A DNA stretch of 30,216 bases from a virus (Duplodnaviria > Heunggongvirae > Uroviricota > Caudoviricetes): the IMG/VR virus record IMGVR_UViG_2537561604_000012; one strand, written 5' to 3'. Below the pieces are notes generated by a model. The model worked only from the letters and a program-made list of their open reading frames with translations, was not told the DNA's origin and made no database searches. Shown in pieces: positions 1-7,940 of the stretch (positions are counted from its first letter, which is position 1; every line of letters begins with the position of its first letter). Made by a program: the position numbers and the translations under genes.

Positions 1-296
1 CTATTTATCGGAAGGTTTATCCTGCTGCGGTTTGTTGTTGACCATATCGCACAACATAGAGAGCAGCATTAACCGTACTTTAAAGGGAGAATGACTAAAC
101 ACGCGCATACACCTCTTGAACTCATTCATAAGACCTCCTGACTTGCTAATCCCATCGATCCTTGAGGGATGATTGCATTACATACAGATATAGCACAGGC
201 TATATTATAAAGCATCAACTATCTGCGAAAAACAACAACTTACAGTGTTATCAATAAGTTACGTTGGTTAATGTCTGTGAGTATTCGGCAGTATTT

Positions 297-1337
297 CTAA
301 GCTGTCGCGACATTTTTGCGACATTTTAGGGGGTTAAGTCGCACAGCATCTTCAAGGTGGCTTGGGGCGAAGTGGGCATAACGCATTGTCATGGTTATGT
401 CAGCGTGGCCGAGAATTTTTTGCAAAACCAGAATGTTTCCGCCGTTCATCATAAAGTGGCTGGCAAATGTATGGCGCAGTACATGGGTAAGCTGGCCGGA
501 GGGGAGTTCAATGCCTGCGCGTTCCAGAGCAGAGCGGAAAGCGTTGTAGCAGGGCTTGGGGAACAGAGCGCCTTTTGTTTCAGGTAATTCGGACAGAAGT
601 TCATCATCAAGGGGAATTGTTCTGTTGCGCTTCCCTTTGGTTTTGACGAACGTGACTTTACCCCCGGCGATCTGGGAGCTTTTCAGCGTTGCCGCCTCAT
701 TCCACCTTGCGCCGGTAGCAAGGCAGATTTTGACAACTAATTCTAGGTACTTAACTTTGCTTCGTTTGCATTCCAGTAAAAGCCGATCAATTTCTTCGGT
801 AGTGAGGAAAGCCATTTCGGTTTCATCAGTACGATACTGTCTGACGTTTTCCAGTGGGTTGGGTGCTGACCATTCACCAATCCGTTTCAGTTCATTGAAC
901 ATCGCTAGAAAGTAAGCATGTTCAAGGTTCATAGTTTTCGGGGAAACCTTAGATACTCTGTTGGTGCGGGCATAATGCCCATCCAGCCTTTTAGCGCGGT
1001 AGGCTGTGAACAACTGGGCATTAAATTCTGTGGCCAGCGGGAATCCCATGCATTCCGCCGCCCAGGTCATAGCATCTTTACGCTTTTCGCCATTGCTCAA
1101 AGCTACGCCGTGGCGTTCATACCACATTGTTATCAGATCTATTAAAGTTCGCTTGTCCTTCCCTTCACCCAGCCACGGAGCTGCGTCTACTTTCTGAAGC
1201 GTATGGTTTTCGAATGCCAGGGCTTCCCCTTTCGTGGCAAATTTTTTACGTATACGCTTCCCGTTCTTGCCATTACTGCGGTTGACGGTGTAGAAGTCGG
1301 CGATCCATTCGCCTGTAGGAAGTTTACGAACGCTCAT
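297..1337 (-). CDS. int: Tyrosine site-specific integrase (phage integrase family)
   Basis: 346 aa ORF; C-terminal catalytic region with HVLRHTFAS (R..H-x-x-R box) and MTMRYAHF (catalytic Tyr); start ATG (1335-1337) directly follows repressor stop (TAAAATG), as in 186 cI-int operon. Confidence 0.9.
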   Translation of the reverse strand: MSVRKLPTGEWIADFYTVNRSNGKNGKRIRKKFATKGEALAFENHTLQKVDAAPWLGEGKDKRTLIDLITMWYERHGVALSNGEKRKDAMTWAAECMGFPLATEFNAQLFTAYRAKRLDGHYARTNRVSKVSPKTMNLEHAYFLAMFNELKRIGEWSAPNPLENVRQYRTDETEMAFLTTEEIDRLLLECKRSKVKYLELVVKICLATGARWNEAATLKSSQIAGGKVTFVKTKGKRNRTIPLDDELLSELPETKGALFPKPCYNAFRSALERAGIELPSGQLTHVLRHTFASHFMMNGGNILVLQKILGHADITMTMRYAHFAPSHLEDAVRLNPLKCRKNVATA

Positions 1338-1338
1338 T

Positions 1339-1920
1339 TTATTTTATCGTCAGAACAACGCGGCCTATGATTTTTATGTCGTCAATTCCGCAATCAAATG
1401 CCATACCAACACCGCTAACTCTGACTTTTCGTACCGGAATCCGTGTAAGAGTGCGGACGCTTGTTTTTCCTTCAACTTCAACCAACCAATCATCGTCATA
1501 AACTTCAGAATAAGACTGGTCAACAATGTACTGAATAAGGCCATCCAGAACACAAATCGGTTGTTGCGGTAAGGGCTTGCCAGGCAGGAAGATGACTTTA
1601 TCAAGCATAAGTGTGCCAGCGTCATAGAGTTGGCCATCAACAATCTTGCTGCGCGGCATTTTGAGTATGTCTAATTCATCATCATTAAATTTACGTCCCT
1701 GTCCTGTTGCCAGCCACTCCAGATTAGCGCCTGTTTCGGCTACGCATTTCACGACAATATCTGCCGGGAAAACTCCACGCTTGTAGCGTGAAGAAAGAGA
1801 ACTGGCTGCCATGTCCAGATGTTCCGCGAGCTGTAACTTCTGCGTAAATCCGTAAGCCTCGATCACCCTGTCAAGAATCGGTGTGCTATCTACGTTTAGG
1901 TCGATTTTAAATGTGCTCAT
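1339..1920 (-). CDS. cI: CI-type immunity repressor (186 CI-like, N-terminal HTH)
   Basis: ORF open 1339-1962 (first codon GTG); first ATG giving MSTFKIDLNVDSTPILDRVIEAYGF... is at 1918-1920 (193 aa). N-terminal HTH-like segment ending ...ETGANLEWLATGQG; located between int and divergent early operon. Start choice is by analogy to size of 186 CI; not verified. Confidence 0.7.
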   Translation of the reverse strand: MSTFKIDLNVDSTPILDRVIEAYGFTQKLQLAEHLDMAASSLSSRYKRGVFPADIVVKCVAETGANLEWLATGQGRKFNDDELDILKMPRSKIVDGQLYDAGTLMLDKVIFLPGKPLPQQPICVLDGLIQYIVDQSYSEVYDDDWLVEVEGKTSVRTLTRIPVRKVRVSGVGMAFDCGIDDIKIIGRVVLTIK

Positions 1921-1955
1921 AGCGAATCCATAAGTCTCGATTCGAGAAATTGCCA

Positions 1956-1984
1956 TTGACACTTCTCGAAACGCGAATTAATCT
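1956..1984 (+). promoter_or_regulatory. Candidate sigma70 early lytic promoter (pR-like): -35 TTGACA (1956-1961), 17-nt spacer, -10 TAATCT (1979-1984)
   Basis: Read directly: ttgacacttctcgaaacgcgaattaatct; flanked by inverted repeat TCGAGAA (1942-1948)/TTCTCGA (1963-1969) that could be a repressor operator; ~70 nt upstream of apl/cox-like start. Confidence 0.4.
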
Positions 1985-2008
1985 GGCTCCATATTTCGAA
2001 TGTTGCCT

Positions 2009-2038
2009 TATATAACCCTGTATTGCCGTACAGGTTAA
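2009..2038 (-). promoter_or_regulatory. Candidate leftward promoter (pL-like) facing pR: -35 TTAACC (revcomp of 2033-2038), 18-nt spacer, -10 TATATA (2009-2014)
   Basis: Reverse complement of 2009-2038 reads ttaacc-N18-tatata; would give face-to-face promoter arrangement known for phage 186 switch. Weak -35; inference only. Confidence 0.3.
2017..2034. promoter_or_regulatory. Perfect 18-bp palindrome CCTGTATTGCCGTACAGG (contains CTGT-N8-ACAG) in switch region / apl leader; candidate operator
   Basis: Sequence 2017-2034 is its own reverse complement; lies between putative pL -35 and -10 and 22 nt upstream of apl/cox start. Confidence 0.45.
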
Positions 2039-2055
2039 CTTGTGGAGTTTGCCTT

Positions 2056-2277
2056 ATGCGTCCGAACATTACAATCATCATCCCAGAACCATACCTGCCT
2101 TTAGACGAGTATTGCCGCCGTACTGGCACCAACAAAGAAACCGCCAGGAACCTGATCGAATACGGAAAATTACCTATTAAGCCGAAGGGTAAGCAGAAGA
2201 AAGGCCTGGTCGAAGTCAACATGGCCGCGCTCACTATTCAGGCTTTAAGTGAATGTGACATTTCGCTTAACGCGTAA
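2056..2277 (+). CDS. Cox/Apl-like small DNA-binding regulator (excisionase / lytic-switch regulator)
   Basis: 73 aa from ATG 2056 (RBS GGAG at 2044-2047); first gene of rightward early operon divergent from cI, position and size as P2 cox / 186 apl. ORF track frame extends to 2023 but without RBS. Confidence 0.6.
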   Translation: MRPNITIIIPEPYLPLDEYCRRTGTNKETARNLIEYGKLPIKPKGKQKKGLVEVNMAALTIQALSECDISLNA

Positions 2278-2307
2278 TCCATCCTACGGATTAGGGAGAG
2301 GCAAACA

Positions 2308-2811
2308 ATGTTTGATTACCAGACATCTAAACATGCGCACTTTGATGCGGCTTGCCGAGCATTTGCAACTGAGCACAATCTTGAAGATGTGGCCGCTGCT
2401 GTTGGTATGAGGCCACAGATCTTGCGCAACAAACTGAACCCAGCGCAACCGCACCGCCTAACCTGTGATGAGCTTTTGGCTATCACGGATTACACCGAAG
2501 ATGCACGTTTACTTGATGGGATGTTAGGTCAGATTAACTGCCTTCCATCCGTGCCGGTGAACAATGCCACTGAAGCCAACATGCAACTGTGTGCGCTTAG
2601 CGCCACTGCGTGTGTGGGAGCGATTGCTGGGGAAGCCGTATCAACTGGCCATATGACCGCCGCCCGCCGTGCTCAAATTTTGGATCGCGCCCGCGATGCA
2701 ATCCGTAGCTTATCCGTGCTGGCTTATACCGTTGAAAGCCGTATTCACTCTGCGCCGGTTCTGGCTGCTGCGGTGGATCTGGTCACAACCCACGCCACCG
2801 GCCTGATGTGA
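2308..2811 (+). CDS. CII-like early regulator (186 CII-sized, 167 aa)
   Basis: Second gene of early operon, RBS GGAGAGG upstream; size/position as 186 cII; N-terminal HTH-like segment. Function inferred from synteny. Confidence 0.5.
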   Translation: MFDYQTSKHAHFDAACRAFATEHNLEDVAAAVGMRPQILRNKLNPAQPHRLTCDELLAITDYTEDARLLDGMLGQINCLPSVPVNNATEANMQLCALSATACVGAIAGEAVSTGHMTAARRAQILDRARDAIRSLSVLAYTVESRIHSAPVLAAAVDLVTTHATGLM

Positions 2812-2820
2812 GGGAACACT

Positions 2821-2994
2821 ATGAAAGCGTTTGTCACTTACCTGAAAAAAGAATCACCAGCCATGCAGTTGCCGAGTGGTTCAACGGGCTGGATAGAACT
2901 GCCGAACGGTCAGCGCTGGAACCCAGGCCACATTTACAAATTCAATGGCCAGCAGCCGCGCCGCCCGTGGTGGCGTCGTCTGATGGGGCTATAG
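2821..2994 (+). CDS. Small hypothetical protein (57 aa), not in supplied ORF track
   Basis: ATG 2821 preceded by AGGGA; translates MKAFVTYLKKESPAMQLPSGSTGWIELPNGQRWNPGHIYKFNGQQPRRPWWRRLMGL; stop TAG 2992-2994 overlaps strong RBS AGGAGG of next gene. Alternative to the 5' part of track ORF 2808-3431. Confidence 0.4.
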   Translation: MKAFVTYLKKESPAMQLPSGSTGWIELPNGQRWNPGHIYKFNGQQPRRPWWRRLMGL

Positions 2995-3002
2995 GAGGCG
3001 TT

Positions 3003-3431
3003 ATGGCGATTAGCCAGGAACAGCAAAAGCGCGGGCTGGAGCATTTAAAACAGATCCGCCGCAAATACTTCAGCAAAAGCAGCGAGGCCGCTGAATGGTG
3101 GGACAACTTAACACCGGAGTGGCGCGGCGTAGTGCTTCATGCTGCTGCGGTTACATCTGGTACCGGGGCATTTAAAGCCCATTTAAGTAAGTGCTGCTGG
3201 CGGGAGCTTTATGACCGCCTGGGCTATCGGGACATGATTCAACTGCGCCAGGGCATTTCACGGGCGCGGTTAACGTTTGAAGGTTTCGGCAGTTTACGTG
3301 ACAGCGATTTTTCGAAGCGCACCGCGAACCGCTCGATCAAAAAAGTACATCCCATTTATAGCAGTGGCGGGGTGCAGATGGTGATCGCGCCGCATATCGT
3401 CCATAAGTTCCAGCAACAGGGGAATCACTAA
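3003..3431 (+). CDS. Hypothetical early-region protein (142 aa)
   Basis: ATG 3003 with AGGAGG 4-9 nt upstream; same frame as track ORF 2808-3431 but with credible start; no recognisable motif. Confidence 0.55.
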   Translation: MAISQEQQKRGLEHLKQIRRKYFSKSSEAAEWWDNLTPEWRGVVLHAAAVTSGTGAFKAHLSKCCWRELYDRLGYRDMIQLRQGISRARLTFEGFGSLRDSDFSKRTANRSIKKVHPIYSSGGVQMVIAPHIVHKFQQQGNH

Positions 3432-3832
3432 TGACCATTATTTCCGTTGAGGGCAAATCGTTGGGGGCAGAGCTGGCTGTGTGGGGCGTCCCGCATAACT
3501 ACGCATTAGCGTTTGCAGAGAAAAGCACCAGTAAAAATGGGCGTATCGCTTTGCATCCGTTCTTCTTCAATGACACTGAACACATGACAAATCCGCGTCA
3601 CTGGCTGGCGATCAATGCTGCTTTCTGGTGCTGCGTGTATCGCGAAGCGGAAAGCAAAGAAGCCCAGATAGAAGCGCTGGCGGGGATTCGTGCAATTTTC
3701 TATACAGCCGGGGCATTGGGAGTTGGCGAGATAAAAGCGCTGATCCAGGAGTGGTGGCGGACAACCTATGAGCTGCACCTGATTCCGGCTCCGAACTACT
3801 CAGCCGCCACAGTACAACCCACTTTTCACTAA
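3431..3832 (+). CDS. Hypothetical early-region protein (133 aa)
   Basis: ATGA overlap with preceding stop (translational coupling); no recognisable motif. Confidence 0.55.
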   Translation: MTIISVEGKSLGAELAVWGVPHNYALAFAEKSTSKNGRIALHPFFFNDTEHMTNPRHWLAINAAFWCCVYREAESKEAQIEALAGIRAIFYTAGALGVGEIKALIQEWWRTTYELHLIPAPNYSAATVQPTFH

Positions 3833-3851
3833 TTAACAGCCTGAATTTTTT

Positions 3852-3870
3852 GGCCACGGTTCAAGTGGCC
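3852..3870 (+). promoter_or_regulatory. GC hairpin (GGCCAC-ggttcaa-GTGGCC) between early genes; possible attenuator/partial terminator
   Basis: 6-bp perfect stem, 7-nt loop, T-run upstream (3845-3850) and interrupted T-run downstream; no clean U-tract so weak. Confidence 0.25.
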
Positions 3871-3899
3871 GGGGATTCTTTTGCCTTAAGGAAACCAAA

Positions 3900-4133
3900 A
3901 TGCACATGACACGTCAGGATTTACCCGCAACAAAATCAGGCACCGACCTGCTGGCCATGCTCACCAAAGCCACGCAGGAAGGTAAAGCCGCAGTTGCTGA
4001 TCTGTGTTCCACCCGTCTGGATAAGCTGGCCACTCATGCGGCCAATGAAGGTTTAAGCGCAACGGAAATCGTTGAGTTAATCCGCGAAGAAGCCGCAGCG
4101 ATTTGCAGCAAAGGCGGTGCGGCATGGCAGTAA
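3900..4133 (+). CDS. Hypothetical small protein (77 aa)
   Basis: ATG 3900 with AGGA at 3889-3892; Ala/Leu-rich helical; no motif recognised. Confidence 0.5.
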   Translation: MHMTRQDLPATKSGTDLLAMLTKATQEGKAAVADLCSTRLDKLATHAANEGLSATEIVELIREEAAAICSKGGAAWQ

Positions 4134-4453
4134 AAATTCATGCGGTAAAAATTGCGCCAAAATATCTTGATGCAGTAGTGGCTGGTCAGAAAAAGGCCGA
4201 GCTGCGAAAAAACGATCGCGGGTATAAAACCGGTGATGTTCTTTCATTGTGCGAGTGGAAGCACGGGAAATACACCGGGCGAGAGTGGGCGGCAGTTATC
4301 ACCCATGTTTTGCCGGTGAATGAAATTATCGCTGATACCGAAAATTGGGTGGTTTTATCTATCCGTTCGCTGTCACCGCTTGAAGTGCTGGAATACATCA
4401 TTTCAAACGGTGTAACAGAGTCGTTAGTTGGCGGAGGTCAATATGGCCGTTAA
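4124..4453 (+). CDS. DUF3850 / ASCH-like domain protein
   Basis: From ATG 4124: [55 protein letters not shown]... matches the conserved DUF3850/ASCH pattern (K-x-FE-x-RKNDR ... GD-x-L ... E ... YTGR) as I recall it; overlaps preceding stop. Confidence 0.65.
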   Translation: MAVKIHAVKIAPKYLDAVVAGQKKAELRKNDRGYKTGDVLSLCEWKHGKYTGREWAAVITHVLPVNEIIADTENWVVLSIRSLSPLEVLEYIISNGVTESLVGGGQYGR

Positions 4454-5303
4454 AACTCCGCTTAAATGGGTGGGCAGCAAAGCCCGCCTCATGCCTAAGC
4501 TGCGTCCGCACCTTCCAGAAGGTAAACGCCTGGTTGAACCGTTCGCAGGTTCCTGCGCCGTCATGATGAATACGGATTATGACGAGTATCTGATCGCAGA
4601 TGTGAATCCTGACCTGGTTAATCTTTATAAGGCGATGGCGTATCACACTAATGCGCTGCTGAATGAGCTGGAGATCCTGTTTTCTGCCGGTTCGTTAGGT
4701 GATGTAGAAAGCCGTGCCGTTTTCTATTACGCAGTGCGTGATGCTTTCAATCTTTCTGGTGGTAAGGCCGGTTCTGAATCTGTTGAAAATGCTGCGCGTT
4801 TCCTGTACCTGAACCGGCACTGCTTCAATGGTCTGTGTCGGTATAACCGTCGAGGCCAGTTCAACGTCCCGTTCGGTAAGTACAAAAAGCCTTATTTCCC
4901 CGCTGATGAAATCCGCGCCTTTGCTGAAAAAGCAAAACGCGCAACGTTCATTACTGCCCACTATTCAGAAACGCTTGATTTGGTTCGGGGCGGGAGTGAC
5001 GTTGTTTACTGTGATCCGCCTTATCTGACTGATGCCGACAATTTCACCGCTTACCATGAGCGCGGTTTTTCGCATATGGATCAGGGGCGGCTGGCGCGTA
5101 AACTGCGCCGTCTGGCGGAACGTGGGATTCCCGTTGTCGCGTCAAACAGCGATCTGGAAATGGTGCATTACCTGTATGCAGGGTTTGACGCCGTAAAGGT
5201 TAATGCGCCGCGTAGTGTCGGTGCGGCAGCTGCAAGCCCGAAAACGGCGGCAGAGCTGATTCTTAAATGGCCTTTACCGGCGACTTCTGAGGCCAGCGCA
5301 TGA
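4443..5303 (+). CDS. dam: DNA N6-adenine methyltransferase (Dam/D12 class)
   Basis: ATG 4443 with GGAGG 4433-4437; motifs PFAGSCAV (SAM-binding motif I) and DPPY (catalytic motif IV), [10 protein letters not shown]-terminal motif typical of Dam family. Confidence 0.85.
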   Translation: MAVKTPLKWVGSKARLMPKLRPHLPEGKRLVEPFAGSCAVMMNTDYDEYLIADVNPDLVNLYKAMAYHTNALLNELEILFSAGSLGDVESRAVFYYAVRDAFNLSGGKAGSESVENAARFLYLNRHCFNGLCRYNRRGQFNVPFGKYKKPYFPADEIRAFAEKAKRATFITAHYSETLDLVRGGSDVVYCDPPYLTDADNFTAYHERGFSHMDQGRLARKLRRLAERGIPVVASNSDLEMVHYLYAGFDAVKVNAPRSVGAAAASPKTAAELILKWPLPATSEASA

Positions 5304-7321
5304 CGCTGGCAATAAACGAACAATGCTATGCCGTTGATGCCTGGAGGCGGGAAACTTTCGCACCAGGCACACCGGCAGACGCGACTATCACAGAACGCCG
5401 CCTGTGGGCTGTAAACCCGCAGGATTATGAATGGCGATCCCGGTACCTGCATGAGATACCCGACTGGTTAGCCGGGTATTTTGGCCGTCGCTATGAAAAG
5501 CTTTTTTCTGGCCGTGACGGGCGTCGCCGTGCCAATACATTCCTGCGCAAAACAATCGGTGAGAATGTATTGCCACGTCTGCGCAAAGTGGCTGCGCGTT
5601 ACTCGCTGGCCGCTGATGCTGCTGATCTTCCTTTTGGTAAGTCGCTGGAGCGCTTGCCGTCACTAGACCGTCCTGATCTTAAAAAACTGGCTGGCCAGGT
5701 ATCTGGCTGGATTTCCCAGTCACTTTATGACTTCACCGAACAGTTTGATTCCGGCACTGACGACGCCAGAGAGCTGCATCGCCGCACTCTGGAATCTTAC
5801 CGCCATCTTTGTGCCTGTTGCCTGATGCTGAATAACCAGCCGCCGTACTGGACTGAACATGAGGCCAATGAAGGTCAACTGGAAATGCGTAAGGCGGAAT
5901 CCGGGATACTGCGCATGATGGCGCCGGAATGGTGGTACCTGCGTCTTAAACGTGCGCGTGATACGCAGCGCGAGCACATGGCCATTGCGGTGGGACAGGT
6001 GCAAAAAGCGGCCAGCGCTTATGTATCCCGCAAAACACTGGGTGAATGGATAGACCAGAAAAAGCGGAATCTGGAGTTCTTTAAAAAGTTTGATCTGCTG
6101 AATGATGAGGGGCTGCGCATTGCACTGGACAGCATGGTGCACCGCAGCGTTGCAAATCCGGCGATCCGTCGATGTGAACTAATGGTAAGAATGCGAGGGT
6201 TTGAAGATATGGCCAATGAAGAAGGGCTGGCCGGTGAGTTTTACACTATCACCGCGCCATCACGTTTCCATGCGGTTCACAGCAAAGGGGGCTTTGTATC
6301 GCAATGGGATGGAAGTACGCCGCAGGATACCCAGCGCTATTTATGCGGCGTATGGGCAAAAGCGCGTGCAGCGATCTCGCGTGCTGGTATCCATGTATTT
6401 GGGTTTCGGGTTGTTGAGCCTCACCATGACGGGACACCGCACTGGCATATGTTGCTTTTTATGCGTCCGCAGGACGTGGACACGGTACGCGATATTCTTT
6501 GTTATCACGCCAGAATTACCGATTCTGAAGAACTGCAATCTGAAAAGGCGCTGAAGGCGCGTTTTCATGTTGAAGCTATCGATCCCGCCAAAGGTTCGGC
6601 CACGGGCTACATCGCGAAATACATTTCAAAAAATATTGATGGTTTTGCGCTGGATGGTGAGCAGGACGAAGAAACCGGCGAAAACCTGCGTGATATGGCT
6701 AAGTCCGTTTCCGCGTGGGCTTCACGCTGGCGTATTCGCCAGTTTCAGCAGATTGGTGGTGCGCCGGTAACCGTCTGGCGTGAGCTGCGTCGGTTGCGGG
6801 ATCAGGTACTGACAGATCGCAGAATGGATGCGGTTCTGGCCGCTGCTGATGTCGGGGACTGGGCTGCATATACCCAGGCGCAGGGAGGTGCACTGGTTGC
6901 CCGCCGTGATCTGGTTGTTCGTCTGGCCTATGAAATTACGGAACAGGGCAACGAATACGCGGAGGACGTGCAGCGCGTACAGGGTGTTTATTCTCCTTTG
7001 ATTCCTGATTCAGAAGTTTGCACCCGTCTGGTTAAGTGGCAAAAGGTTGCGAAGTTGGCCGAAGCGCCAGCGGAGGCGGGTTTTTCTGGCGGCAACGCCG
7101 CCCCTTGGAGTTCTGTCAATAACTGTACGGAGGGGGGAACCCGCAGACGGTTAAAACTGGAATTACGCAGTCGGGGTTTTGAGGGTTCCGATGAAGAAAT
7201 AGCCATTCTCCTGCGGGGTAGTGGTTTGATATTTGGTCAGGGGGCACTGATTTACCGCAATGGGCGGTTGAAGGAAACACGAAACGAACCATTGCAGGAG
7301 CTTTGGCCGGGGTGGTTATAG
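5300..7321 (+). CDS. A: Rolling-circle replication initiator endonuclease gpA (P2 A / 186 A family)
   Basis: 673 aa; HUH-type motif PHWHMLLF and active-site tyrosine motif TGYIAKYISK; ATGA overlap with dam stop; position at end of early operon. Confidence 0.9.
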   Translation: MTLAINEQCYAVDAWRRETFAPGTPADATITERRLWAVNPQDYEWRSRYLHEIPDWLAGYFGRRYEKLFSGRDGRRRANTFLRKTIGENVLPRLRKVAARYSLAADAADLPFGKSLERLPSLDRPDLKKLAGQVSGWISQSLYDFTEQFDSGTDDARELHRRTLESYRHLCACCLMLNNQPPYWTEHEANEGQLEMRKAESGILRMMAPEWWYLRLKRARDTQREHMAIAVGQVQKAASAYVSRKTLGEWIDQKKRNLEFFKKFDLLNDEGLRIALDSMVHRSVANPAIRRCELMVRMRGFEDMANEEGLAGEFYTITAPSRFHAVHSKGGFVSQWDGSTPQDTQRYLCGVWAKARAAISRAGIHVFGFRVVEPHHDGTPHWHMLLFMRPQDVDTVRDILCYHARITDSEELQSEKALKARFHVEAIDPAKGSATGYIAKYISKNIDGFALDGEQDEETGENLRDMAKSVSAWASRWRIRQFQQIGGAPVTVWRELRRLRDQVLTDRRMDAVLAAADVGDWAAYTQAQGGALVARRDLVVRLAYEITEQGNEYAEDVQRVQGVYSPLIPDSEVCTRLVKWQKVAKLAEAPAEAGFSGGNAAPWSSVNNCTEGGTRRRLKLELRSRGFEGSDEEIAILLRGSGLIFGQGALIYRNGRLKETRNEPLQELWPGWL

Positions 7322-7398
7322 GTGTGCATGTGTGTGTAACACATTCATTTGTCAGTAGATGGCAGGAAATTAAATTTCACAATTCGTGCTTTAAGGTG

Positions 7399-7418
7399 TA
7401 CTGTATGTATATCCAGTT
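7399..7418 (+). promoter_or_regulatory. LexA-box-like SOS operator TACTGTATGTATATCCAGTT (CTGT-N8-CCAG) upstream of small ORF
   Basis: Matches LexA consensus TACTGT-(AT)4-ACAGTA at left half-site perfectly and right half with one core mismatch (CCAG vs ACAG); AT-rich centre; 22 nt upstream of ATG 7441. Confidence 0.5.
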
Positions 7419-7440
7419 ATTTATTGCTTGTGGGGGCTAA

Positions 7441-7647
7441 ATGGATCTTTTGGAGGCGTCGGCACAGCTGGAACGCATTGAGTTATTGGCCAAAATTGCC
7501 CATGTTTACGAAAGTAACCAGAGAGAAAAAACAATCGCTTTGGCCTGGATTGGAGAGCTTGCGGGAGAGGTTCGCGAAATGGTTAAAAAGGAAGGGCAAC
7601 GCCCCCAGAATGGGGGCATTTCAGGCGGCGGGAGTCGCTTTCAGTAG
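7441..7647 (+). CDS. Small hypothetical protein (68 aa) downstream of SOS-box-like site; possible Tum-type antirepressor analogue
   Basis: ATG 7441 preceded by GGGGG; function inferred only from position (186 has LexA-controlled tum after gene A). 3' end overlaps convergent ogr-like gene and hairpin 7601-7617. Confidence 0.4.
   Translation: MDLLEASAQLERIELLAKIAHVYESNQREKTIALAWIGELAGEVREMVKKEGQRPQNGGISGGGSRFQ
7601..7617 (-). terminator. GC-rich hairpin GCCCCCA-gaa-TGGGGGC just downstream of ogr-like stop; candidate terminator of P-Q-ogr transcript
   Basis: 7-bp perfect stem; on minus strand followed within ~12 nt by TTTTT (plus 7584-7588 aaaaa). U-tract not adjacent so moderate. Confidence 0.35.
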
Positions 7648-7890
7648 GTCTAATGCCATCTGGCGCTGATCGGGTGAAAGTGCATTCAGTATTTTTTGCA
7701 CCATCGCATCACCCGCTTTAGCGCTGGGGCTGAGAGTGTGGGAGAACGTCAGATTCATAACAAACGTGTGGCCACACTCAACATCTGAACAGGCGCAGTA
7801 AATATCCGCAATTTGCCGGTGCTTCCTGTTCGTTTTACGAATAACAGCCTTTGAGCCGCATTCCGGGCATTCGATTTTCAGAACTCGCAT
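7621..7890 (-). CDS. ogr: Ogr/Delta-family zinc-finger late-gene transcriptional activator
   Basis: From ATG 7888-7890 (RBS GGAG 8 nt upstream): MRVLKIECPECGS...IYCACSDVECGHTF gives C-x2-C-x20-C-x-C-x4-C with Y-x-C...C-x-x-TF, as in P2 Ogr (C-x2-C-x22-C-x4-C ... ATF). Alternative upstream ATG 7942-7944 overlaps Q stop (ATGA). Confidence 0.75.
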   Translation of the reverse strand: MRVLKIECPECGSKAVIRKTNRKHRQIADIYCACSDVECGHTFVMNLTFSHTLSPSAKAGDAMVQKILNALSPDQRQMALDLLKATPAA

Positions 7891-7940
7891 ATTCCATGCT
7901 CCAGCTGTTAAATGATGCCTGGATTTTAGCCTGTTTCGCC

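Noticed and set aside
1-130. Short minus-strand ORF ending at position 1-3 (about 42 aa from ATG at 128-130) and a 16-aa plus-strand ORF at 91-141 with RBS
   Set aside because: Too short, no recognisable features, and located in the probable attL/flank region; cannot be supported as genes.
151-163. 13-bp match between left flank (cccatcgatcctt, 151-163) and right spacer (reverse complement of 28183-28195) as possible att core
   Set aside because: The match is in inverted, not direct, orientation, is short, and is built around the palindromic ATCGAT/GATC core. Insufficient to define attL/attR.
2808-3431. Track ORF 2808-3431 as a single 207-aa protein
   Set aside because: Its 5' third overlaps a more protein-like 57-aa ORF in another frame, and a strong AGGAGG RBS precedes the internal ATG 3003. 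Split into 2821-2994 and 3003-3431.
7349-7669. 106-aa ORF 7349-7669 overlapping the LexA-like box
   Set aside because: Its start lies upstream of the putative promoter/operator and has no RBS, and its sequence is Cys/Trp/Arg-rich and shadow-like. The in-phase 7441-7647 ORF with a GGGGG RBS is preferred.
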